A stretch of DNA of 64,000 nt from Dictyostelium discoideum (GCA_000004695.1 CM000150.2:4512001-4576000), one strand, 5' to 3'. Shown: positions 32,908 through 46,219, counted from the first letter of the stretch. Notes: generated by a model from the letters alone, not told the origin. Numbers and translations are program-made.

Positions 32908-35900
32908 ATGGATGTAGAACAAGAACCAAAAATTGATGATGCTTTATATAGCAGACAACTTTATGCATTATCTCATGAAACAATGAAAAAAATTACATCA
33001 ACTTCAGTTTTAGTTGTAGGTTTACAAGGTCTTGGTATTGAAATTGTTAAAGATTTAAGTTTAGCAGGTGTTAAATCTGTTACATTGTATGATAAAGAAT
33101 TAGTTGAAATTAAAGATTTGTCTTCTCAAGTAAGTTTTATATTTATTATTTTTACTTTCACGCACAAAATTTTTTTTTTTTTACTATGGTGATGTTCATT
33201 TAAAAAAAAAAAAAAAAAAAAAAAAAATTTTTTTTTTTAAAAATTTGGAAAAAAAATAGAAAAATAATAATAGTAATTAATTAATTTCCCTCTTTATTTC
33301 TTTTTATTTTTATTTTAAATTTTTAGTTTTATTTTTCACCAGAACAAGTTGGTAAAGTTGGTAGAGCAGATGCATGTTTCCAAAAAGTTGTAGATTTAAA
33401 TAATTATGTTAGAATTGATGTACATAATGGAGAATTAAGTGATGAATTCTTAAAGAAATTCAATGTTGTAGTATTAGCCAATCAACCATTAGCATTACAA
33501 CTCAAAGTGAATGAATTTTGTCATGCAAATAAAATTCATTTCATTAGTGTTGAAACCAGAGGTGTTTTTGGTCAATTATTCAATGATTTTGGTGAACAAT
33601 TTACAATCACCGATACAAATGGTGAGAATCCAAATGCTTATATGATCAGTTCAATCAGTCAAGATAAAGAAGGTATTGTAACCGTTGTTGAAGAACAAAA
33701 ATTACAACTTTTAGATGGTGATCTTGTTACATTCAAAGAAGTCAATGGTATGTCAGCTCTTAATGATCTTCCACCACAAAAAATTAAAACCATCTCTCCA
33801 TTAACTTTTTCAATTGGTGATACTACAAATCTTCCACCATATACTTCTGGTGGTTATGTTACTGAAGTTAAACAACCAAAAGTTGTTGATTTTGTAAGTT
33901 TTTTTATTTATTTTATGATATATAGATAGATAAATATAAATATATATATATATATATATATTAATTTTTTATTTATTTTTATTTTTTTTAAAAAAGAAAC
34001 CATTAAAAAATATTTTAGAAAGTGGTGAAAATATTTTTATTACAGATGATTTTAAATTTACACAACCAACCAATTTATTAGCAGGTTTCCAAGCAATTCA
34101 TAAATTTGCAGAGAAAAATAAACATATGCCAAGACCACATAATAAGGAAGATGCAAACGCTGTAATTGAGATTGCCAAAGGATTATTAAAGAAACCAGAT
34201 GATGAACTTGATGAAAAGATGATCACTCAATTATCATTTGGAGCACAAGGTGATATTGTACCAATGCAAGCAATTCTTGGTGGTATTACAGCTCAAGAGG
34301 TTTTGAAAGCATGTTCAGGTAAATTCACACCAATTCACCAATTGGCATTCTTTGATAGTGTCGAATGTTTACCAGAGGATTTAGAAACTCTCCCAGAAGA
34401 GGAGTTTCAACCAATTGGTTCACGTTACGATGGTCAAATCATTACCTTTGGTAAGACACTTCAAAATAAAATTGAAAATTTGAATTACTTTTTAGTTGGT
34501 GCCGGTGCTATCGGTTGTGAAATGTTAAAGAATTTCGCAATGATGGGTTTAGGTGCTGGTCCAAAGGGTTTGGTACATGTCACCGATATGGATACAATTG
34601 AAAAATCAAATCTCAATCGTCAATTCCTTTTCCGTTCATCCGATATTCAACAATTGAAATCTCAAACCGCTGCAAACGCTGTCAGAGTTATGAATCCAGA
34701 TCTCAATGTAAAGGCATACAGTCTTCGTGTTGGACCAGATACTGAAAGTCATTACAATGAAGAGTTTTTCAATTCATTGGATGGTGTTTGTAATGCATTG
34801 GATAATGTTGAAGCACGTTTATATATGGATTCTCAATGTGTTTACTATGGTAAACCATTATTAGAATCTGGTACATTGGGTACCAAAGGTAACACTCAAG
34901 TCGTTGTACCACATCTCACCGAATCCTATAGTTCAAGTCGTGATCCACCAGAGAAAGGCATTCCAGTTTGTACCCTTCACAATTTCCCAAATGCCATTGA
35001 ACATACCATTCAATGGGCTCGTGATACTTTTGAAGGTCTCTTTAAGAACAATGCAGACAATGTAAACTCTTACTTAACCAATCCAGCTTACGTTCAATCA
35101 TTGAAAACTCAAAATCCATTTGTTCGTTTAGAAACTCTTGCCTCAATTAAAGCTTCACTTATGGATCGTCCATTGGATTTCAATCAATGTATCGCTTGGG
35201 CTCGTCTAAAATTCGAAGAATACTTTAACAACAATATCGAACAATTACTTTACAATTTCCCAAAGGATATGGTCACCACAACTGGTACACCATTTTGGAG
35301 TGGTCCAAAACGTGCTCCAACCCCATTGAAATTCGATGTTGAAAATCCATTACATTTGGAATTCATTGTTGCCGCTGCAAATTTACGTGCCTTCAATTAT
35401 GGTATCAAAGCTGAAACAAACATTGAAGTCATCCAAAAACAAGCTGCCAATGTTATTGTTCCAGATTTCACTCCAAAGAAGGTTAAGATTCAAACCTCTG
35501 AAAATGAACCAGCTCCATCTTCAAACACTCAACAAGCTGGTGGTGATGCTGAAGATGATCAATGTGATACCATTTTATCACAACTTCCACAACCAAGTGA
35601 AATGGCTGGTTACAAAATTAACTCTATTCAATTTGAAAAGGATGATGATACCAATCATCATATCGATTTCATTACCGCTACCTCAAATTTAAGAGCTACC
35701 AACTATGCAATCAGTCCAGCTGATAAACATAAGACCAAAGGTATCGCCGGTAAAATCATTCCAGCTTTAGTTACCACTACTGCCGTAGTTGCTGGTTTCG
35801 TTTGTATCGAATTGATTAAAGTTATTCAAAATAAAGCTTTGGAGAAATATAAGAGCACCTTTATGAATTTAGGTATCCCATTCTTTGGTTTCGTTGAACC

Positions 35901-36249
35901 AATTGCCGCCCCAAAGAACAAAATTCGTGAAGGCTGGACTTGGACACTTTGGGATCGTTTCGATGTTGATGGTGATATCACTCTCAAGGAGTTTTTAGAT
36001 CTCTTTGAAAAGAAACATGGTTTGGATATTTCAATGCTCTCTTGTAAAGTTACACTTTTATATGCTCTCTTCACTGATAAGAAAACTAAAGAGGAAAGAT
36101 TAAAGATGAAAATCTCACAACTCTATGAAACCCTCTCAAAGAAACCATTACCAAAAGATAAGAAATATTTATTACTTGAAATTTGTTGCAATGATACTGA
36201 AACTGGTGATGATGTTGATGTACCAAGTGTCCGTTATAAGTATAATTAA
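32908..36249 (+). CDS. uba1: Ubiquitin-activating enzyme E1 (UBA1); exons 32908..33129, 33327..33893 and 33997..36249, about 1013 aa
   Basis: The sequence aligns end-to-end with human UBA1: DDALYSRQLYALSHETMKK, FLVGAGAIGCEMLKNFAMMGLG, TDMDTIEKSNLNRQFLFR, KPLLESGTLGTKGN, the catalytic-Cys region PVCTLHNFPNAIEHTIQWAR, PFWSGPKRAPTPL, and the C-terminus LEICCNDTETGDDVDVPSVRYKYN. Both donors are GTAAGT (33130, 33894) and the acceptors are tttttAG (33326) and aaaaAG (33996). Confidence 0.9.
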
Positions 36250-36486
36250 AAAAAAAAAAAAAAAAAAAAAGATTTATTCTTTATCTATACACATACAAAT
36301 ATTTTATTTTATAATAAAAAAAAAAAAAATTTTAAAAAAAAAACATATATATATTTATAGTTTTATTATTAACTTTTTCATAATTTTAAATCAAACACAT
36401 TTCAATTGGATTAATAAATAAATTTAATTATATTTATAAATTTGTAATTTCTTTGTTTTTTTAATTTTTTTTGTTGGTTGTGTAGA

Positions 36487-36570
<84 letters not shown>

Positions 36571-37115
36571 TCCAAACCTATTTTTAAATTATTCAATCAC
36601 ATCATAGTATACTTTTAAATACGAATTATTGAAAAAGAGCATGGAATTTCATAATTTTCCAATTTTAATTTTGGATATTGATTAGTTATTTTATTAAATA
36701 ATCCAATATAATATTTTAATAAATTTAAATTTTTTAAGTGAAACGAAATTAAATATTTTTTATTACATAATAATTGAGGAAATTCTTAACAAAGGAAATC
36801 CAACATTTCAATTGACCTTGATATTAATAATGGGAAATGATATGAGCGGTTAATTGTAGTGGGAATATTTTTAAAATAATCATTATTATCATTTCCATTT
36901 TCACCTTTTAATTTATTAATAAAATGTTTAAATAATTTAACACTATCGAAACCAACTAAACAAAAAAATAAAAACCAAATATTTAATTTCTTATTTTTAT
37001 TAATTTCTTTATTTTTAATCCCATCAATTGCTAAATCAATAAAATTAATTTGTTTTTTTAAATCATTTTTACAATTTGAAAATAATTAATGATTTTTAAT
37101 TTCTGTTTTATTTTT

Positions 37116-37147
37116 AGAATCTTCATACATAATGGTATGAAGATTCT
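37116..37147. repeat. Perfect 13-bp inverted repeat (agaatcttcatac ... gtatgaagattct) with a 6-nt loop
   Basis: Direct reading at 37116..37128 and 37135..37147. It lies about 500 bp beyond the 3' end of the TRE3-like element. Confidence 0.8.
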
Positions 37148-37638
37148 AAAAATGGTTTATAAGATATATTATATCTGATTTATTTGTTGATAGCATTGTT
37201 AATTTTAAAAAAAGATCTTTATTTAATGAAATAAAGTATCCCAAATTTCATAGGTTTTCACAGTTGGTTCTATTAATTTAATTAATTGTTCAATTACTTG
37301 TATTGAATCACTTTCAATTGCTTTATTTAAAAATCTTTGGTTAAATATTCATGCTTGTAAAAAAGAAAAGTAATAATGGAAAAAAATAAGAATAAAGACC
37401 AATGTTCAATTTGTAAATATTAATAAACTTTTTTTTATTTTTATTTTTTTTTTAAATATATAATTTTATTTTATTTTTTTATTTTATTTTTTAAAAAAAA
37501 AAAAATATTTAAAGAAAAATAAATAAAAAAATATAAAAATTAATTTAAACTTTACTAAAATATGGAAAATTCGATTAGAATCGAATTATAAAATAATATA
37601 TTTAAAAAATACAATTATAAACCGAAAAAAGATAGGTT

Positions 37639-37655
37639 TTAGTGAGGGCACTTTT
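37639..37655. repeat. Target-site duplication (3' side, left copy) of the TRE3-like insertion
   Basis: ttagtgagggcactttt, identical to 39609..39625. Confidence 0.7.
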
Positions 37656-39608
37656 TTTTTTTTTTTTTTTTTTAATATTGGATTAACAAGATTGATATAT
37701 GTCCATCTGTGTTAATACGAGTTTTATTTAATATTTATTTAAAGGCTTATCATTTAAGCTGAAGGGTTATTTTAATCATATGAATTGATCAAAAGATATA
37801 ATATTTGGGAGAGATGATTCTGTAATACAATAGTAATTAGCTGTTGTTTTTCTTAGCTTGATCGTTGAAGTGAGAAGGATCTTAGGATCTTTGAAGTTAT
37901 TATGGTCTTTTGCTGATAAGTTTTTCAGATCTTTTGCTTTTTTGATGTATTCTAGAGTGGCCAATTTGTGCCATTTCTTTAGAAGGGAGCTGTATGATAG
38001 TGATTCATCTGTTAAAGGATCTTCACTGTATATTTGATTGCAAATCCAAATCCAAATGTTGTGGAGGATAAGGGCCATTAGGTTTCTATATGCGAATGAT
38101 CTGGTTAGATCATAGTCTATTGCTTTATAGTTCCATTCAAAGTATTCTTTGTGGAATCTGTGGTTGGCGTAATCTGCATTCACTTCTTGATCTTTTTTGG
38201 CTGTCGGTGATAATTTTGGAGTTATTCTATTAATGAAATTGTTATTTTGCCTAATTCTTGTATGGTGCCAGTTTTTACCTTTGCCTGTGGTAATATAGAT
38301 GAAATTTTTGAGTTTATTTATTTTTATGAATTGTTTTGTTTTCTTGCATGAGAAGAACAGGTGACCGTATGGGTCTTTGCTCATATCTTCTTTGCAGAGT
38401 GGGCATTGTTTGTTGTGAAGGTAGTTTATTGGAAGGCATCTGGCATGGAATCTAAACATTGTGTCTCTTGTTTTAGGGTCTTTTATCTTCAGTATGTTGT
38501 TGAAGAGTTGATTATAGCTGTAGCCTCTTAAGTTTAGAGATGATTGGAATTCCGTTTTAGGGATGGTTGGATTTTGGTCTTGAATTGTGGTATACCATTC
38601 TGCCAGTGAAAGTGGTTGTCCATTTTCGTTTTTTATGGATGTGAGATTATTGTTGAAGATTGCTTTTTTTATTCTTATTTTGTTCCATTCGTCTAAGTTT
38701 TCTTTTAGGTATCTGGATGTGAATTTGTTTTTTTGGATCTGATATTCCCAGCTTTTGTGATGAGATGAGTTTGTTTGTTTGGTTTCTAGTGCTAGGATGA
38801 ACTGGTTTATGATCCAAAGTTTCTGCGCCAGTTGTCTCAATTCTATATTCCAAATGTTCCAGCCCCCTACTTTTAGTGGGTATCTTGCTCTTTTGGTTCT
38901 CATTAAATTAATAACTTGAAATCCACTAGCATTTTTGTTGTTTGGTGCCGATAAAAACCATTCGACTAATTTATTGATTTGGTTTAATTCCTCTTCATTA
39001 AAATTCTCTACATATGAATAGTAGGTTAATTTAGAGAGTGCGAATGCTTTGAGGATGTTGGTTTTGGTTTTGATTGTTGAGTCAGTGGTTTTCCATAGTA
39101 CTAAGGATGATCTTATTGTGTTTAATATTTCTGGCATTTTTCTTGTTATCCCTTTGCCTGTGAAGAAGTATCCCAAGTATCTTTCTGGATTTGTAGATAT
39201 TGGAATTCTTTGGTTGGTATTGTCTGGGTTGCCTATAAGAATTGATGAAGATTTGTCGATGTTTAGTTTTGAGGAAGTGGCTTTGCAAAATGAATTGAAG
39301 TGTTGTAGTACTAATTCAAGTTGTTGAGAGTCTGGGACCATTGAAGCCGAGTCGTCTGCAAAGCTTTGGAATTTCTCTCTGTGGTTGCTGTTGTTTAGAG
39401 GAAGGCCAGTAATTAGGTCATCTTGTAAAATTTTTCTAGCTAAAGCCTCTATTACAAGGACGAACAGGGTGGGTGATAGTGGATCTCCTTGTTTAACTCC
39501 TCTTTTGATCTCAAAGGGTATAGTAGTTCTACCATTAATTTCAATTCTTGCATCAGATTTGGTGAGTAGATTCATTATCAGGTTGATTATATTGGTTGGA
39601 ATGTTGTC
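37656..39608 (-). mobile_element. 5'-truncated TRE3-like (tRNA-gene-targeted, non-LTR/LINE) retrotransposon, about 1.95 kb, inserted about 106 bp downstream of tRNA-Ile in the same orientation
   Basis: The element is bounded by a 17-bp direct repeat, ttagtgagggcactttt, at 37639..37655 and 39609..39625. Its 3' end is a poly(A) tail of about 20 nt on the minus strand (poly-T on plus, 37656-37675). It contains a reverse-transcriptase ORF on the minus strand (37776..39575). The 5' end abuts the downstream flank of the tRNA past the exB box, which is the placement expected of the Dictyostelium TRE3 family. Confidence 0.7.
37776..39575 (-). CDS. Reverse transcriptase (ORF2 fragment) of the TRE3-like non-LTR retrotransposon
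   Basis: The RT motifs are GVKQGDPLSPTLFVLVIEAL and the FADD motif-C variant (QSFADDSASMV). Further on is a Cys/His cluster CPLCKEDMSKDPYGHLFFSC. The ORF is open to the 5' truncation point, so there is no native start. Confidence 0.7.
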   Translation of the reverse strand: MNLLTKSDARIEINGRTTIPFEIKRGVKQGDPLSPTLFVLVIEALARKILQDDLITGLPLNNSNHREKFQSFADDSASMVPDSQQLELVLQHFNSFCKATSSKLNIDKSSSILIGNPDNTNQRIPISTNPERYLGYFFTGKGITRKMPEILNTIRSSLVLWKTTDSTIKTKTNILKAFALSKLTYYSYVENFNEEELNQINKLVEWFLSAPNNKNASGFQVINLMRTKRARYPLKVGGWNIWNIELRQLAQKLWIINQFILALETKQTNSSHHKSWEYQIQKNKFTSRYLKENLDEWNKIRIKKAIFNNNLTSIKNENGQPLSLAEWYTTIQDQNPTIPKTEFQSSLNLRGYSYNQLFNNILKIKDPKTRDTMFRFHARCLPINYLHNKQCPLCKEDMSKDPYGHLFFSCKKTKQFIKINKLKNFIYITTGKGKNWHHTRIRQNNNFINRITPKLSPTAKKDQEVNADYANHRFHKEYFEWNYKAIDYDLTRSFAYRNLMALILHNIWIWICNQIYSEDPLTDESLSYSSLLKKWHKLATLEYIKKAKDLKNLSAKDHNNFKDPKILLTSTIKLRKTTANYYCITESSLPNIISFDQFI

Positions 39609-39625
39609 TTAGTGAGGGCACTTTT
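39609..39625. repeat. Target-site duplication (5' side, right copy) of the TRE3-like insertion
   Basis: ttagtgagggcactttt, identical to 37639..37655. Confidence 0.7.
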
Positions 39626-39667
39626 AAAGTTGGTTATAATTCTAATTCATTCTGATTCCTCTTCTGG

Positions 39668-39680
39668 GAATTGAACCCTT
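39668..39680 (-). promoter_or_regulatory. External B-box (exB), a duplicated Pol III B-box about 35 bp downstream of tRNA-Ile copy 1
   Basis: The minus strand reads GGGTTCAATTCCC, matching the B-box consensus GGTTCGANTCC. The same element with conserved flanks occurs after copy 2 at 50369..50381. This is a known Dictyostelium tRNA-gene feature. Confidence 0.6.
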
Positions 39681-39714
39681 AATCTAGTTTTCAAATGCCT
39701 TAAAAAGGATCTGT

Positions 39715-39787
39715 GCTCGATGCAGGGATCGAACCTGCGACCGTGGCGTTATTAGCACCACGCTCTGCCGACTGAGCTAATCGAGCA
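39715..39787 (-). tRNA. tRNA-Ile (anticodon AAU), 73 nt
   Basis: The minus-strand sequence folds as a cloverleaf. The acceptor is GCTCGAT/ATCGAGC, the D-arm GCTC-AGTCGGCA-GAGC, the anticodon stem-loop TGGTG-CTAATAA-CGCCA (anticodon AAT), the variable loop CGGTC, and the T-arm GCAGG-TTCGATC-CCTGC, with an A discriminator. The internal A-box TAGCTCAGTCGG and B-box GGTTCGATCC are present. Confidence 0.9.
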
Positions 39788-39837
39788 TCCGTGAAAAAAA
39801 AAATTAAAATTGGCCAAAAAATGGGTAATTTTTTTAG

Positions 39838-40534
39838 GGGAAGATGAGACTTCAGAACATATATTCTTCAACTGCAAAGCCCACATCAAAAACACACAAG
39901 AAATCTTCAACTACACCTTAACCAAGTGTGGACACACCACTCACACCTGGAATTTTAAGATTTTAAAACATCCACAAATTGCACTAATAGCCAATTTAAT
40001 AGCTATTATATTCGAAAAAATCTGGCACAAAAGAAACAAACTCATCCACGATGAAATAGAAATAATAATTCATAGACCAAAAGTCATACGTGAACTAATT
40101 AAAACACAAAGAGCTGCATGGGAGAGGACACAAGCGGTTATAAACAAAACATTAAGAATCAAATCAAAGCAACGGCAAGAAGAACAAAATAAATTAGACT
40201 CATTAATCTCGCTAAAGCTATTACAATTTAGCAGACAACGGAACTCACATCTTCACGCAATAGCACTTCCCAAACATCAATCATGAAGCTGATGATAAAA
40301 TAAAAAAAGATTTAGAAAAAAATTTGGACAAAAAAGATGTTTTAATCAAAAGTAATAATACAATTCGAAATTCGAAACAAAAAAAAAAAAAAAAAATAAA
40401 GTAAACTGACCCCTCTTTTAGAGACCCTGTAAAAAAAAAAAAAAAAAAAACTAAAAATAAAATGAGATCTGGCATCTCAAGGAGAAGCAACTAATAATTG
40501 CGTTATCCAATTCAAAAAAAAAAAAGGTAATTTT
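39838..40534 (+). mobile_element. 5'-truncated TRE5-like non-LTR retrotransposon fragment, about 0.7 kb, 50 bp upstream of tRNA-Ile copy 1, head-to-head with the tRNA
   Basis: It is flanked by a 13-bp direct repeat, ggtaattttttta, at 39825..39837 and 40535..40547. It ends in an A12 tail (40523..40534). It carries the C-terminal end of an ORF2-like reading frame (..FLGEDETSEHIFFNCKAHIKN.., a Cys/His knuckle typical of LINE ORF2 termini, ending at 40286), followed by a 3' UTR. The position about 50 bp upstream of a tRNA gene is diagnostic of the TRE5 (DRE) family. Confidence 0.6.
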
Positions 40535-40794
40535 TTTATGTTGGATTCATGAAATGACCAATTATTTTCGATATTGTTAGTCATTTGGTTTGCAGACTTA
40601 TTAAAAGAACTAACAAAATAAGTTGGTGAAAATGTGTCCTGATGATTAGAGTTCACTACTCGAGAGTTGTAACCAAAAGAAAATAAAATAAAACCCCATC
40701 TATAATTAAATGTGTTTTAGCTTTTATCTTTTGATTGATTGATTTTAAAATAACAACCTCACTTTTACAAGTTTGTTGGGTTTTATTTTAAAAT

Positions 40795-40832
<38 letters not shown>

Positions 40833-41025
40833 CTATTCTTTATGAATGGTCAATAACTTTGCTCTTTCCCATTCAGTATCTCTTGTATTGGATAGTTTAT
40901 AGATTTCTAAATCCTAAGTGATAAACTTTTCCCCTATACTTTATTTTACTTTTCATATTGTGTATGATATAAATGATTTATAATTCCTATTTTTAAAAAA
41001 AAAAAAAATTAAAAAAATTATATAT

Positions 41026-41064
<39 letters not shown>

Positions 41065-41078
41065 TTTTCTATAAATAG

Positions 41079-41462
41079 CTAGATACTTACATTACCATCA
41101 ATATCGTTAGAAGCATAACAGCTACTACTCCAATGAGAACCACGACCACATCTAAAACAACAATTACTTTCGTTGTAACTTGATTTATGGACTTGTTCAT
41201 GAATATTTTTTTTGAGTACAACTAAATTACTATATCTATTATCAGATGTATCTTTATTAATATGGTGGACCACTTCATTAGCGTATAACTCTCTGCCAAC
41301 TTTTCTTTGACCAACTGTACGATGAGTAAATTTCCAACTTTTACTATTTTCATCATAGTATTTACGATAACCACTTGGATTAATATAAATTTTTAAATCT
41401 CTTGGTCGTTGTTGTTGTTTTTGTCTTTGCTCTTTTTTATTGTTGTAATTGTTTTTTAACAT
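41079..41462 (-). CDS. Intronless 127-aa protein: an HNH_3-type (phage homing-endonuclease-like) nuclease domain fused to a C-terminal CCHC zinc knuckle
   Basis: The real ATG is at 41462..41460 and the stop at 41079. The HNH core is PSGYRKYYDENSKSWKFTHRTVGQRKVGRELYANEVVHHINKDTSDNRYSNLVVLKKNIHEQVHK. This matches the HNH_3 pattern HRxV ... V-H-H-I-(N/D)-x-D-x-x-D-N-R-x-x-N-L ... H-x-x-x-H. It is followed by CFRCGRGSHWSSSC, a C-x2-C-x4-H-x4-C retroviral-type zinc knuckle. The N-terminus is basic (KKEQRQKQQQRPR). Confidence 0.6.
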   Translation of the reverse strand: MLKNNYNNKKEQRQKQQQRPRDLKIYINPSGYRKYYDENSKSWKFTHRTVGQRKVGRELYANEVVHHINKDTSDNRYSNLVVLKKNIHEQVHKSSYNESNCCFRCGRGSHWSSSCYASNDIDGNVSI

Positions 41463-42018
41463 ATTGTTGTAAAATTATTTTTTTTTTTTTTAAGATTTTA
41501 TTTTTTAATGAACGAATTTTTTGGTGTTTGTTGAATATTTATATAAATGAATAAAATTTTTTTTTTTTTTGATTTTATTTATTTTTTTTTTTTTTGATTT
41601 TATTTATTTTTTTTTTTTTAAAAAAGAATTTATTTTTATTTTATTTGAATTATACCTTTTTTAAGAATTTTAACAGAATTTTTGTTTTTTTATTTAAAAT
41701 GGCCAAAAATATTATTTCTATTTAATTTTTTTTTTTCTTGGAATATATTTTTAAAAAAAGAATTGATCTGTCTAAATCTAAAAGGATTGAGTTCCAAAAA
41801 ATAAAAACTTGATTTATATATAAAAAAAGAATCACATAATCAAAAATAAAATATATTGATTTAAAAGAATAACCAAAATAAAATTTAAAATTTTTAAGAA
41901 AAACTTTGTCTTTTTTTTTTTTTTTTTTTTAATATTATTTATTTATTTTTTAATATATACAAAATTCTTTTTTTTGTTTTTTTTTTTTTTTTATTATTAT
42001 TATTACTTAATCTTTTTT

Positions 42019-44699
<2,681 letters not shown>

Positions 44700-45436
44700 T
44701 TTTTTATTTTTTTATTTTTTTTTTTTTTTTATTTATACAAGAATATATATACAAAATATTAAAATTTATTGGAAGGTAGTTTACACAACTCAATAAATAA
44801 TAATTTAATAAATAAATAATAATTTAATAAATAAATAAATAAAAATGGTAAGATAAAAAAAAAAAAAAAAATGGAAAAAATTTTCTTTTTATTGATAAAA
44901 AAAAAATTTAGAAAAAAAAAAATAAAAAAAAAAAAAAACAAAAAAATAAAAAAAATTAAAAAAATAAAAAATGTTTTTTTCAAATTAACTGAATGCAGGT
45001 TGCAAAAAAATTTTATAAACCCAATGGCTAAGCCATTTTTAATTTTTTTTTTCTTTTTTTTTTTTTTTCTTTTTTTTTTTTTTCCAAACCGTCCTCTAAA
45101 CGGCAAAAAATTGTCAAATTTACCCCTTTAAAAATTCTAAAAAATAAAAATTATAATTTTTTTTTTTTACAACGCAGCAAAAAATTGTTTGTGCATTTTC
45201 AAAGATTTCAAATATTTAACACCAAAATTGTAATGATCTCATCTAAAAAAAAAAAAAAAAAAGATTATAATAAAAATAATAATGAAAAATTAATATTTTG
45301 ACAATAATAATGAAAATAATAATAGATAATCATAATAGTAATAAAAATGAATTACTTTTTTGAGATGAAAAAAACAATTTTTTTTGATATATTTTTACAC
45401 TCATAGGGGAAAAAAAATTCTAAATTTAGAATAAAA

Positions 45437-45488
<52 letters not shown>

Positions 45489-45825
45489 TATTTTTATTTT
45501 TTTTTTTTATTTTTTTATATTTGTTACACAAATGACAAATTTAAAAATAAAAAAAAAATGATAATAAAAAAAATAATAATAAAAAATGTATAAATTCTAA
45601 ATGTGGATAAAATATATTAAAAAAAAAAATTAAAAAAAAAAAAAAATAAAATACCCACTTAATGGTGGGAAAGTGTGTTAAATATTTATTTATTTTCATA
45701 ACAGTTTTATGATATGCATATGAATGTTTATTATCCATTTATTATTTTTTTTTATCTTTTTTTTAATTTTACTTTTTTTAATTTTTTTTTTTAATTTTTT
45801 TTAAAAGAATGGCAGTTCCAATAAA

Positions 45826-45861
45826 TTCGCCATCAACAAAAATAATTTTTTTGATGGCGAA
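45826..45861. repeat. 36-bp palindrome: 11-bp perfect inverted arms (ttcgccatcaa / ttgatggcgaa) around a 14-nt A/T spacer
   Basis: Reading ttcgccatcaa-caaaaataattttt-ttgatggcgaa directly. It is the only GC-containing symmetric element in a 1-kb poly-A/T spacer between abpC and the next gene. Confidence 0.8.
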
Positions 45862-45865
45862 TGAG

Positions 45866-45919
<54 letters not shown>

Positions 45920-46023
45920 TTTTTTATAAGAAATTAAAAACTTTTTTTAAGATTTTAGAATTAAATTTAATTTTTTTTGATAATATAAATAAACTTAATA
46001 CTTTGTTTTTTTTTTTAATTTTT

Positions 46024-46067
<44 letters not shown>

Positions 46068-46117
46068 TTGGGTAACCACTTGAAATAGTTCAATTATTTT
46101 TTTTGTTTTTTTTTTTT

Positions 46118-46163
<46 letters not shown>

Positions 46164-46219
46164 CCAAATTCACTTGAATAATATTAATAATATAATTGTA
46201 CAGATTTTAACAAATAGTA

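Noticed and set aside
35336-36074. Track ORFs at 35336..35692 (+, alternative frame) and 35826..36074 (-)
   Set aside because: They overlap the UBA1 exon, whose frame is validated by end-to-end homology to E1 enzymes.
36790-37100. Open minus-strand frame of about 95 aa (IDLAIDGIKNKEINKNKKLNIWFLFFCLVGFDSVKLFKHF...NIPTTINRSYHFPLLISRSIEMLDFLC) with no start codon
   Set aside because: It has no ATG, no detectable splice context and no homology I can name. It may be an exon or a decayed gene, but that is unsupported.
39810-40286. Track ORF annotated from an M at 39810
   Set aside because: It is not an independent gene. It is the C-terminal remnant of a retrotransposon ORF2 inside the TRE5-like fragment, and the apparent start precedes the element boundary and the TSD.
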